Part shown: positions 47,726 through 58,479 of the stretch, piece by piece
Numbering within the stretch: position 1 is the stretch's first letter
Layout of the letters: each line of letters opens with the position of its first letter
The notes under the pieces: model-generated
Seen by the model: the letters and a program-made list of their open reading frames with translations, nothing else
What the model was told of the DNA's origin: nothing
Database searches by the model: none
Source of the DNA: Mustelus asterias
Taxonomy: Eukaryota
Direction of reading: 5' to 3'
DNA: 64,000 nt
Assembly: GCF_964213995.1 (NCBI RefSeq)
Contig: NC_135808.1
Span: 34,224,001-34,288,000, forward strand
Position numbers and translations under genes: made by a program

Positions 47726-50455
47726 TCAATTTCTGTCTTGAAGACGCTCAACGTCTCGGCCTCCACAGCCCTCTGTGGCAATGAATTCCACAGACCCACC
47801 ACTCTGGCTGAAGAAATTTCTCCTCATCTCTGTTCTAAAGTGACTCCCTTTTATTCTAAGGCTGTGCCCCCGCATCCTAGTCTCCCCTGTTAATGGAAAC
47901 AACTTCCCTACGTCCATCCTATCTAAGCCGTTCATTATCTTGTAAGTTTCTATCAGATCTCCCCTCAACCTCCTAAACTCCAACGAATACAATCCCACAA
48001 TCCTCAGACGTTCATCGTATGTCAGGCCTACCATTCCTGGGATCATCCGTGTGAATCTCCGCTGGACCCGCTCCAGTGCCAGTATGTCCTTCCTGAGGTG
48101 TGGGGCCCAAAATTGCTCACAGTACTCCAAATGGGGCCTAACCAGTGCTTTATAAAGCCTCAGAAGTACATCCCTGCTTTTGTATTCCAAGCCTCTTGAG
48201 ATAAATGACAACATTACATTTGCCTTCTTAATTACGGACTCAACCTGCAAGTTTACCTTTAGAGAATCCTGGACTAGGACTCCCAAGTCCCTTTGCACTT
48301 TAGCATTATGAATTTTGTCACCGTTTAGAAAATAGTCCATGCCTCTATTCTTTTTTCCAAAGTGTACGACCTCGCACTTGCCCACGTTGAATTTCATCAG
48401 CCACTTCTTGGACCACTCTCCTAAACTGTCTAAATCTTTCTGCAGCCTCCCCACCTCCTCAATACTACCTGCCCCTCCACCTATCTTTGTATCATCGGCA
48501 AACTTGGCCAGAATGCTCCCAGTCCCGTCATCTAGATCGTTAATATATAAAGAGAACAGCTGTGGCCCCAACACTGAACCCTGCGGGACACCACTTGTCA
48601 CTGGTTGCCATTCTGAGAAAGAACCTTTTATCCCAACTCTCTGCCTTCTGTCTGACAGCCAATCGTCAATCCATGTTAGTACCTTGCCTCGAATACCATG
48701 GGCCCTTATTTTACTCAGCAGTCTCCCGTGAGGCACCTTGTCAAAGGCCTTTTGGAAGTCAAGATAGATAACATCCATTGGCTCTCCTTGGTCTAACCTA
48801 TTTGTTATCTCTTCAAAGAACTCTAACAGGTTTGTCAGGCACGACCTCCCCTTACTAAATCCATGCTGACTTGTCCTAATCCGACCCTGCACTTGCAAGA
48901 ATTTAGAAATCTCATCCTTAACGATGGATTCTAGAATTTTGCCAACAACTGAGGTTAGGCTAATTGGCCTATAATTTTCCATCTTTTTTCTTGTTCCCTC
49001 CTTGAACAGTGGGGTTACAACAGCGATTTTCCAATCCTCTGGGACTTTCCCTGACTCCAGTGACTTTTGAAAGATCATAACTAACGCCTCCACTATTTCT
49101 TCAGCTATCTCCTTTAGAACTCTAGGATGTAGCCCATCTGGGCCCGGAGATTTATCAATTTTCAGACCTTTTAGTTTCTCTAGCACTTTCTCCTTTGTGA
49201 TGGCAACCATATTCAACTCTGCCCCCTGACTTTCCTGAATTGTTGGGATATTACTCATGTCTTCTACTGTGAAGACTGACGCAAAGTACTTATTAAGTTC
49301 CTCAGCTATTTCCTTGTCTCCCATCACTAGATTACCAGCGTCATTTTGGAGCGGCCCAATGTCTACTTTTGCCTCCCGTTTGTTTTTAATGTATTTAAAG
49401 AAACTTTTACTATCATTCCTAATGTTACTGGCTAGCCTACCTTCATATTTGATCCTCTCCTTCCTTATTTCTCTCTTTGTTATCCTCTGTTTGTTTTTAT
49501 AGCCTTCCCAATCTTCTGACTTCCCACTACTCTTTGCCACATTATAGGCTCTCTCTTTTGCCTTGATGCATTCCCTGACTTCCTTTGTCAGCCATGGCTG
49601 CCTAATCCCCCCTCTGATAACCTTTCTTTTGTTTGGGGTGAACCTCTGCACTGTGTCCTCAATTACTCCCAGAAACTCCTGCCATTGCTGTTCTACTGTC
49701 TTTCCCACTAGGCTCTGCTTCCAGTCGATTTTTGTCAGTTCCTCCCTCATGCGCCTGTAATTACCTTTATTTAACTGTAGAACCTTCACATCTGATTCTG
49801 CCTTCCTTCTTTCAAATTGCAGACTGAATTCTACCATATTATGATCACTGCTTCCTAAGTGTTCCCTTACTTTAAGATCTTTTATCACGTCTGGCTCATT
49901 ACATAACACTAAGTCCAGAATAGCCTGTTCCCTCGTGGGCTCCATCACAAGCTGTTCCAAAAAGCCATCCTGTAAACATTCAATGAATTCCCTTTCTTTG
50001 GGTCCACTGGCAACATTATTTACCCAGTCCACCTGCATATTGAAATCCCCCATGATCACTGTGACCTTGCCTTTCTGACATGCCCTTTCTATTTCGTGGT
50101 GCATTTTGTGTCCCTGGTCCTGACCACTGTCAGGAGGCCTGTACATAACTCCCATTATGGTTTTTTTGCCTTTGTGGTTCCTCAACTCTACCCACACAGA
50201 CTCCACATCGTCTGACCCTATGTCGTTTAGTGCTATTGATTTAATTTCATTTCTAATTAACAAGGCAACCCCGCCCCCTCTACCCACCTCTCTGTCTTTT
50301 CGATAGGTTGTGAATCCCTGGATGTTTAACTGCCAGTCCTGAACCCCCTGCAACCACGTCTCTGTGATGCCTACCACATCATACCTGCCAGTCACAATCT
50401 GGGCCACAAGCTCATCTACCTTGTTCCGGACACTGCGGGCATTTAAATATAGCAC
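47726..50455 (-). CDS. CR1 ORF2p (APE endonuclease + reverse transcriptase), 909 aa; frameshift in the last ~35 codons
   Basis: YLNARS, ITETWL, YRPP, GDFN, SDHN, KFADD. After FFSQ the frame departs from the RVV.LWN.LP consensus seen in the other copies. Confidence 0.9.
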   Translation of the reverse strand: MLYLNARSVRNKVDELVAQIVTGRYDVVGITETWLQGVQDWQLNIQGFTTYRKDREVGRGGGVALLIRNEIKSIALNDIGSDDVESVWVELRNHKGKKTIMGVMYRPPDSGQDQGHKMHHEIERACQKGKVTVIMGDFNMQVDWVNNVASGPKEREFIECLQDGFLEQLVMEPTREQAILDLVLCNEPDVIKDLKVREHLGSSDHNMVEFSLQFERRKAESDVKVLQLNKGNYRRMREELTKIDWKQSLVGKTVEQQWQEFLGVIEDTVQRFTPNKRKVIRGGIRQPWLTKEVRECIKAKERAYNVAKSSGKSEDWEGYKNKQRITKREIRKERIKYEGRLASNIRNDSKSFFKYIKNKREAKVDIGPLQNDAGNLVMGDKEIAEELNKYFASVFTVEDMSNIPTIQESQGAELNMVAITKEKVLEKLKGLKIDKSPGPDGLHPRVLKEIAEEIVEALVMIFQKSLESGKVPEDWKIAVVTPLFKEGTRKKMENYRPISLTSVVGKILESIVKDEISKFLQVQGRIRTSQHGFSKGRSCLTNLLEFFEEITNRLDQGEPMDVIYLDFQKAFDKVPHGRLLSKIRAHGIRGKVLTWIDDWLSDRRQRVGIKGSFSEWQPVTSGVPQGSVLGPQLFSLYINDLDDGTGSILAKFADDTKIGGGAGSIEEVGRLQKDLDSLGEWSKKWLMKFNVGKCEVVHFGKKNRGMDYFLNGDKIHNAKVQRDLGVLVQDSLKVNLQVESVIKKANVMLSFISRGLEYKSRDVLLRLYKALVRPHLEYCEQFWAPHLRKDILALERVQRRFTRMIPGMVGLTYDERLRIVGLYSLEFRRLRGDLIETYKIMNGLDRMDVGKLFPLTGETRMRGHSLRIKGSHFRTEMRRNFFSQSGGSVEFIATEGCGGRDVERLQDRN

Positions 50456-50671
50456 CTTTAATTCCCTATTGACCGTCCCTTTTTGTTTTCGTAGTGTGGT
50501 GGACCTTGGTTTACTGAGCCTTTCCAGACACTGTCATATTTTGTGAGATGGGGACTATCGTAACCTCCCCTGAGTGCTGTCTTTTCGTGATTTTTTGTAA
50601 TCCTAAGCAGCTACGCTTCCCACTGATTCCTTCACCTCTTGGTTCCCTGACTTTCCCTTCCCCCCCAATCT

Positions 50672-51628
50672 CTAGTTTAAAGTCCTATTGACCACCCCAT
50701 TTACTCTCTTCGCCAGAACACTGATCCCAGCTCGGTCCAGGTGGAGACCATCCCAACGGTATAGGTCCCCCCTGCCCCAAAACTGATGCCAGTGTCCCAT
50801 GAAAAAGAACCCCTCTTTCCCACACCACTCTTTCAGCCACGTGTTAACTTCCCTTATTCTTGCCTCCCTATGCCAATTTGCACGTGGCTCGGGCAGTAAT
50901 CCGGAGATTATGACCCTTGAGGACCTGTTTTTTAATTTGAATCCTAGCTCTTTATAATCTCTAAACAGGTCCTCTTTCCTAGACTTGCCTATGTTGTTGG
51001 TACCAACATGGACCACAACAACTGGATCCTCCCCCTCCCTCTCCAGTATCCTTTCAAGCCGGTCAGAGATGTCCCGCACCCTAGCACCGGGCAGGCAACA
51101 TACCATGCGGGACACTCTATCCTGCTCACAAAGGATACTATCTATCCCCCTGATAATAGAATCCCCTACAACTACAACTTGCCTATTTACTTCCTCCCCT
51201 TGAATGGCCTGCTGAACCATGGTGCCTTGGTCAGCTGACTCATCCTTCCTGCAGCCCTGTTTGCCATCCACACAGGGAGCAAGTGCCTCGTACCTGTTGG
51301 ACAGGGTCAAGGGCTGAGGCTCCTGAGTTCCTGACTGCTGGTTCCCTTTACCTGCCTGACTTGCAGTCACACCCTGCTGTCCCTGGCCACTGGCAGGATT
51401 TAAACTATTTACTCTGACAGGTGTGGCTGCCTCCTGAAACACAGTGTCCAGGTAAGTCTCCCCCTCCCGGATGTGCCTCAGTGTTTGAAGCTCAGACTCC
51501 AGCTCATCAACTCTGAGCCGGAGTTTTTCAAGCAGCCAACACTTACTGCAGATGTGGTCGCTGTAGCTCGCAATGGGATCTGCCAGCTCCCACATCAAGC
51601 AGCTCAAGCACATCACCTGACCAGCCAT
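50672..51628 (-). CDS. CR1 ORF1p (zinc finger, coiled coil, SGNH/GDSL-type esterase), 318 aa
   Basis: CxxC..CxxC, leucine heptads, VVGDSI, PGA, HVGTNN, DGLH. Confidence 0.88.
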   Translation of the reverse strand: MAGQVMCLSCLMWELADPIASYSDHICSKCWLLEKLRLRVDELESELQTLRHIREGETYLDTVFQEAATPVRVNSLNPASGQGQQGVTASQAGKGNQQSGTQEPQPLTLSNRYEALAPCVDGKQGCRKDESADQGTMVQQAIQGEEVNRQVVVVGDSIIRGIDSILCEQDRVSRMVCCLPGARVRDISDRLERILEREGEDPVVVVHVGTNNIGKSRKEDLFRDYKELGFKLKNRSSRVIISGLLPEPRANWHREARIREVNTWLKEWCGKEGFFFMGHWHQFWGRGDLYRWDGLHLDRAGISVLAKRVNGVVNRTLN

Positions 51629-53084
51629 CTCTAATTAATTAATTAGTTTAATTTAAGTTTACGAGTTTAGCTGTGTTTTTTTTAAATTTGGGGCAGATTT
51701 GCTATCAACCAATCAGATCACAGCTTCCCTCTGACGTCACTTTTGAAGAAAGAAAAAGTGGAAAACAGGAAGTTACCGTTAGGTTTTTATACTCACCCAG
51801 AGACTGCTCCTCCTCCTCCGAACTGCTCCCGAAACTAGGACCTCCCCTTGCAAGGCCATAAAGTGATCCTGGAGAATTGAGCGCCAGGCTTACTAAACAG
51901 ATGCAAAACAATACTTAAATACATTTAAATAATTATTCAACCTCTTTCTGGAAATGGGCGAGAGGCTGACCCCGCCGGAAATCTGGTGCCGGTAAGATTG
52001 CAGGAGCTGAGAAAATCAGGTGTGATCCTGATTTCTCGGCTCTTGCGTGATTTTACTGGTTCACGCTATCTGTTGATGGGTGGGGTGATCCGGTAAAACT
52101 GCAGCCTCTGCATCACAGTGTTGGAGATTTGTTCTGGCAAGTATGTGCCAAAAAACAGGTGGGAAATACTCTTGTTTCCCGCTCTTTGGGCACTTAGTTG
52201 TGTTTTGGAGAATCCTGGCCTTGATCCCATGGGGGTTTATAACTGGGAACAGGTTTCAGGGGAATATTGAAAATATTGATTATTTTTAGTGGGATGTCTT
52301 TATCACAGTGACCCCAGAGATCAAACCCTATTTCCGTATGTATATAAACCATTTAACAACCGTATTTATCCAAAATCCACTTTTCAAAAAGAAAAATTGG
52401 ATGCAAAAATGACAAGAATTTCAATTCATGAAGTACTCTGGTCATGTTATGCTTCAGTTGTACAGGCCACACACAAGACCACATCTGAAATACGGTGGAC
52501 AGTATTGTGGACAGTATCTTTTCTAATTTAAGGAAAGATATACATGTATTGGAAACTGTTCAGAAAAGTTTTACAAGATTAATAGCAGGAAAGGTTCAAA
52601 AGGCCATGCTGGAGTTTAGAAAAGTTTAGGTGACTTGATCAAAGTCCTTAAGTTCCTGAAGGGAAGGATGTCTTGTCGAAGAATCAAGGATCACTGTTTA
52701 AAAATAAAGGGTCACTCATTTAAGACAGGTGAGGATAACTTTTTTCCTGAGGGCTGTGTGTGTCTGGAATTCTTCCTCCAGGCAGTGGAAGCAGAATTAG
52801 ATTCTTGATTAACAAGAGATTGAGAGGTTAGTGCGATAGGCAGGAATTGAAGTTGCAATCAGGGGGATGATTGTCCCAGTCTGCTGCACTGCTCAAGCAG
52901 CGCAGTGGGCTGGGAGACATCAGTGGAGCCAGTTTTGCTGGCTTCCCTCTGGGCGTCACAGCTTCCGTGCATCTCCCAGCCTAAGATTTCCAGCTTGTGT
53001 GGAGCTGATTACAATATGGAAATCGGGATTTCCATTTCAGTAGCGGCCCAGGACTGAAATTTCACTTGCACTTCACCAAAGAGA

Positions 53085-54757
53085 AGGACTTGGTGGATGA
53101 TGAGTCTGGGAAAGGGTGTGTGGATAGTTTGAGCCATGTTGAGATCAAAAAGGAGGAGATATTGATGTTCTTGAGAAACATTAAGTAGACAAGTCCCCAG
53201 GGCCTGATGGAATATACCCCAGAATACTGAGAGAGGCAAGGGAGGAAATTGCTGGGGCCTTGAGAGAAATCTTTGTATCCTCACTGGCTTCAGGGGAGGT
53301 CCCAGAGAATTGGGGAATAGCCAATGTTGTTCCTTTGTTTAAGAAGGGTAGCAAGGATAAGCCAGGTAATTACAGGCCGGTGAGCCTTACATCAGTGGTA
53401 GGGAAATTATTGGAGAGGATTCTTCGAGACAGGATTTATTCCCACTTGGAAGTAAGTGGACGTATTAGCAAGAAGCAACATGGTTTTGTGAAGGGGAGGT
53501 TGTGTCTCACTAACTTGATCGAGTTTTTCGAGGAAGTGATGAAGATGATTGATGAGGATAGGGCAGTGGGTGTTGCCTACATGGACTTCAGTAAGGCCTT
53601 TGACAAGGTCTCATGGCAGACTGGTGCAGAAGGTGAAGTTGTATGGGATCACAGGTGAGCTGGCAAGGTGGATACAAAGCTGGCTCGGTGATAGAAGACA
53701 GAGGTTGGAGTGGAAGGGTGCATTTCTGAATGGAGGGCTGTGACAAGTGGCGTTCCTCAGGGGTCAGTGCTGGGACCTTTGCTGTTTGTACTATATATAA
53801 ATGATTTGGAGGAAAATGTAACTGGTTTGATTCGTAAGTTTGCGGATGACAAAGGTTGGTGAATTTGCGGATAGCGATGAGGACCATCAGAGGATACAGC
53901 AGGATATAGATCGGTTGGAGACGTGGGTGGAGAGATGGCAGATGGAGATTAATCCGGACAAATATGAGGTAATGCATTCTGGAAGGTCTAATACAGATAA
54001 GAAATATACAGTAAATGGCAGAACCCTTAAGAGTATTGATAGGCAAAGGGATCTGGGTGTACAGGTACACAGGTCACTGAAAGTGGCAATGCAGGTGGAG
54101 GAGGTAGTGAAGAAGGCATACGGCATGCTTGACTTCATCAGCCGGGGTATTGAGTTTAAAAATTGGCAAGTCATGTTGCAGCTTTATAGAACCTTAGTTA
54201 GACTGCACTTTGAATATAGTGTTCCATTCTGGTCGCCACACTACCAGAAGGATGTGGAGGCTTTGGCGAGGGTACAGAAAAGATTTACCAGGATGTTGCA
54301 TGGTATGGAGGGCAGTAGCTATGAAGAGAGGTTGGAGAAACTTGGTTTGTTCTCACTGGAACGACGGAGATTGAGGGGAGACCTGATAGAAGTCTACAAG
54401 ATTATGAGGGGCATGGACAGAGTGGATAGTCAGAAGCTTTTTCCCAGGGTGGAAGTGTCACTTACTAGGGGGGCACAGGTTTAAGGTGTGAGGGACAAGG
54501 TTTAAAGGAGATGTACGAGGCAAGTTTTTTTACACAGGGTGATGGATACCTGGAACTCACTGCTGGGGGATATAGTGGACGCAGATATGATAGTGACATT
54601 TATGGGGCGTCTTGACAAATACATGAATAGGATGGGAATGGAGGGATATGGTCCTTGGAAGGGTAGGAGGGTCTTAGTTCAGTCGGGCAGCATGGTCGGT
54701 GCAGGCTTGGAGGGCTGAAGGGCCTGTTCCTGTGCTATAATTTTCTTTGTTCTTTTT
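53085..54757 (+). mobile_element. CR1 3' half, frameshifted
   Basis: NYRPVSLTS, DFSKAFDKV, FADD, MRGDLIEVYK-type motifs; tail ttctttgttct. Confidence 0.9.
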
Positions 54758-55010
54758 ACAACAGGTGGAAATCATCGTTTGTAAGGAATGTGAGGATGAG
54801 ACAAGAGGCTTTAAAAATCTAAACTCTTTTGTTATTTCTCCCCTGTATGTTGAAGTAGTCTAATTTCTGATCTGAACTGATAGTCTTCTGCCGATCAGGA
54901 ATTGATTATAGTCGCTCATTGTATATTTTCCACACTGCACAGTCTACCCGTTATATTTTATTTATCCTGCTACATCACATTGGTTAATTGTGTCCTTTCT
55001 CTGTTCACAG

Positions 55011-55292
55011 TTGCCCCTCAGATTGCCATGTACCCTGAAGTCTCAGTAGAATGGGGACAGCCCAACACATTGATCTGTCTGACTGATGGATTCTTCCCTC
55101 CACGTATCACCATGAAGTTTAGGAAAAACAATGAAGAACTGACTAATGGCATCAACATCACAGAGTATTATATAAAGAAGGATTATTCCCACCAGAGATT
55201 CGCATACCTGCAATTCATCCCAAGTCCTGGAGACATGTATTCCTGTCATGTGGAACATGAGGGTCTGGAGGAGCCAGCGACTGTATTTTGGG
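55011..55292 (+). CDS. MHC-IIA: MHC class II alpha chain, exon 3 (alpha-2 Ig C1 domain)
   Basis: Acceptor ctttctctgttcacag; 282 nt; (V)APQIAMYPEVSVEWGQPNTLICLTDGFFPPRITMKF...PSPGDMYSCHVEHEGLEEPATVFW. GQPNTLIC, FFPP and YSCHVEH motifs. Phase-1 donor G|gtgagt. Confidence 0.97.
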
Positions 55293-55370
55293 GTGAGTTT
55301 GGATTTGATTATCTGGGAGCTGATTTCAGAATTGGTTTATAGTCAGATGCTGTGTAAGAGTCAGGCTTCA

Positions 55371-55481
55371 GGGCCGGAATGTTACTGCCCTGCCCGCCAC
55401 AGGAATTGGAGCGGGTGAGGTCCGTTGACCTTGGGTGGGATTTTACAGTTTTGGGATGAGCAAGGCCGTAAAATCCTGCCC
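55371..55481. mobile_element. Short MITE-like element
   Basis: Imperfect terminal inverted repeats gggccggaatgttac / gtaaaatcctgccc. Confidence 0.5.
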
Positions 55482-55902
55482 CACGTCTCATTCTTGAAAG
55501 GCCTCAATTGATGCTTTTCCACCACAAAAGTGGGTAATTAGTTTAACTGGCTGTTGAGTGAGTATGGTTATTGGGGATATTAGATTGGGTTTACAATTAG
55601 AATCCAATAAATGTCTCCAACATCTGTAACTAAATCAAACCTTGGTCTACAGAGAATGAGAATAAGTGGTTGATTGTGTAATTGTCAGCAATGAATCTCT
55701 GTTCAGTGTTGAACTTCCCTTGTGTTCTGCAGAAAATGTATGTAGCACAACAGAGTAAAAGCCAGTATCAGGCCAGGTGCAATATGTGTCTATTACATTT
55801 TGGGAATTTTTTCTGTGTTGTATGTTCTATATACTTTGAAGTATTTGGTTTGGATTATTGTCCTGGGTGAACATCAAAGGTAATAATCTCTGTATTGGGT
55901 GC

Positions 55903-56470
55903 GGGGAGGCGGTGGCACAGTGTTTGTCACTGGACTAGTAATCCAGAGACCCAGGTTAATGCTCTGGGGACCCAGGTTTGAACCCACCACAACAGATGGT
56001 GAAGTTTGAATTAAGTAATAATCTGGAATTAAAAGTCTAATGATGACAATGAGACCATTGTTGATTGTCATAAAAACCCATTTGGTTCACGAACGTCCTT
56101 GGAGAAGGAAATCTGCCACCCTTACCTAGATGTGACTTCAGACCCACAGCAGTGTGGTTGACCCTGAAATGGCCCAGCGAGCCACTTAGTTGTATCACAT
56201 AACTGAAGAAAATTGGATAAAAAAATGAAACCAGACACACCACCCAGCATTGACCTAGGCATCCGGAATGACAATGGGAAACCCAGCTCTATTGACCCTG
56301 CAAAGTCCTCCTTACTAACATCTGGGGACTTGTGCCAAAATTGGGAGAGCTGCCTCAGAATAGTCAAGTAACGGCCTGACAGTCATTCTTGCAGAATCAT
56401 ACCTTACAGATAACACCCCAGACACCACCATTACCATCCCTGGATATGCCCTGTCCCAATGGCAGCGACA
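55903..56470 (+). mobile_element. 5' part of the tRNA-headed LINE (head + start of APE endonuclease)
   Basis: A/B-box-like head, then codons LLTNIWGLVPKLGEL..PD..ILAESYL..PGY. Confidence 0.75.
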
Positions 56471-56669
56471 CAATGGGATACAGAGGGATCCGTCTCCTTT
56501 CCTCTCCTTCCTCCTACTACTACTACTACTCTCCGTGCGCCGCCGTGTAGACATCTGACGACATATGATGATTTCCCAGAATAGGATTGATCCTAGGCCC
56601 TCACATCCATCAGATTCACATTTAATAGGTCCTTGGTACCCAAGTGCTAAATTCAAAAGCCTGTTGCCT

Positions 56670-58420
56670 TGGTAACACTGCTGCTTTGCCTTTCAATACA
56701 AATATTTCAGTTTCGGTATCTCTATATACTTGCATTTTTTTAACTCTCTAAGCACAGAAAAACACCACCTTTTTAAGGGACCATGCAATGCTCTCTCCCT
56801 AGCATTTTACAAACGCCTATCTACAATTACTCTACCCAACTTCGCAACACTATTTACCTGCTCTGCTGTCTTTAGGGATCTGTGAATAAGTACTCCAAGA
56901 TCCATCTGTTCCTCTGAGCTACCCAGTGTCCTCCAGTCTTTAAATACTCCCTTGTGTTATGGTTGAGGTCAGAAACTCCAAAGTGCTTTCTGGAGCCAGC
57001 CTGGATCATAAGTTTTGCATCTTGAATTTGGCTCGGATAAGTATGATATGTTTCACTTCAGGTATGATTCAAATTACTCACTAGGGAACTTTTATCAAAC
57101 AACGTTTATTTAAGAATATAGTTAACATGTATGGAAATAAAATTAGCACTAACTTTTATCAATTACAAACAAAATAGGTACGATAATGTATAACCCTTAA
57201 CAAATATATCTAAAATGTTCCAGTCAAACCAAAACCTTCAAAGACAAAACCCTTTATACAGGTAAACACAGCACAGATTAATGCTCATGTGATACTGGAA
57301 CTGAGCCCTTTGGTTGGAGAATTGAAAACGCTCAGTCTTGTAAGTTCTAGCAGTCCTCTTGGTATATCCTGAACAGCTTCCCAGAACACCAGGGAGACTC
57401 TAGGCAAAACCACCAATAGCAGATTCTTTCCTTCAGCAGAATTTCCAAAACCAGGCAGGGACATTTATTTCCAGCTTCATGTCCCTTCTAAAACTAAAAC
57501 TCCAACTACAGCCAAACAAAAAGTGAAACCTTAAAATCACTAGGAACACTTATCGGTTAAATACCATCTGCCACTGCTCTGCCCATCTGCCCAATCCATC
57601 GATATCTTACTGTAACTTATGACTTCACTATTAACCATCCTACCAATCTTGGTGTCGTCAGCAAACTTGCTCATCATTCCCCCCACTTGATCATCTATAT
57701 TATTTGTGTATATAATAAACAGTAAGAGTCCCAGCACTGAACCTTGTAGTATGCCACTGAACACTGGCCTCCAGTCACTAAAACAGCCTTCTACCACCTA
57801 TCCCTAAGCCAGTTTCTGATCCATCTCACCAAATTTCCCTGAATTCCATGTGTTTCAAACTTCTCAATCAGTCTCCCATGTGAGATCGTGTGGAAAGCTT
57901 TGCTAAAATTCATATAAACTATATCAGTTGCACTTCCCTTATTCACACGCTCCATCAAATCTTTGAAAAATTCTATCAGATTTGTTAGGCATGACCTCCC
58001 TCTGACAAAGCCATGCTCACTATCCTTAGTTAACCTGTGCCTTCCCAAGTGGAGATTAATTCTCACCTTCAGAAGTTTTTCCAATAGTTTCCCTATCACT
58101 GACGTGAGACTCACTGGCCTGTAATTTCATGGTTCATCTCTAATACCCTTGTTAAAACGTGGAACCACGTTGCCCACCCTCTAGTCCCCTGGCACTTCCC
58201 CAGAGAGGAATAAAAAATTTGTGTCAGAGCCTCATGCAATTTCCTGTCTTGCCTCCCACAATTGATATAGCCTGGGTTGCAATTCATCCAGACCTGGGGA
58301 TTTGTCCACTTTTAAGCCCATCAGAGCCTCAAATACCTCCTCATTTCTGATGTCAAACTGTGCAAGTTCCTCACAGTCCCTTTACCTGAACTCTGTACCT
58401 ACGTTCTCATTTTCCTGAGT
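56670..58420 (-). mobile_element. Decayed CR1 interrupted by a solo-LTR-like block (~56953-57540)
   Basis: HGFVRGRSCLTNL, QGSVLG, KFADDTK on the - strand. Confidence 0.75.
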
Positions 58421-58479
58421 GGAGATTGATAGGAAATATTCAGTTAACGCCCTTCCATTGTCCTGTGGCATCACGTAAA

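Larger units (their letters stand above)
47582..51860 (-). mobile_element. Near full-length CR1 LINE, antisense in MHC intron 2
   Basis: 5' UTR, ORF1, ORF2 and (tcttatgg)n tail are all present. The 5' boundary is approximate. Confidence 0.95.

Noticed and set aside
54902-55342. 146-aa ORF as a stand-alone gene
   Set aside because: It is exon 3 plus in-frame intronic flanks; splice sites define 55011-55292.
55732-55870. Candidate exon 4 (acceptor-like ttctgcag followed by hydrophobic codons)
   Set aside because: No class II alpha connecting peptide or C.LG/GxxxG TM pattern; not supportable.
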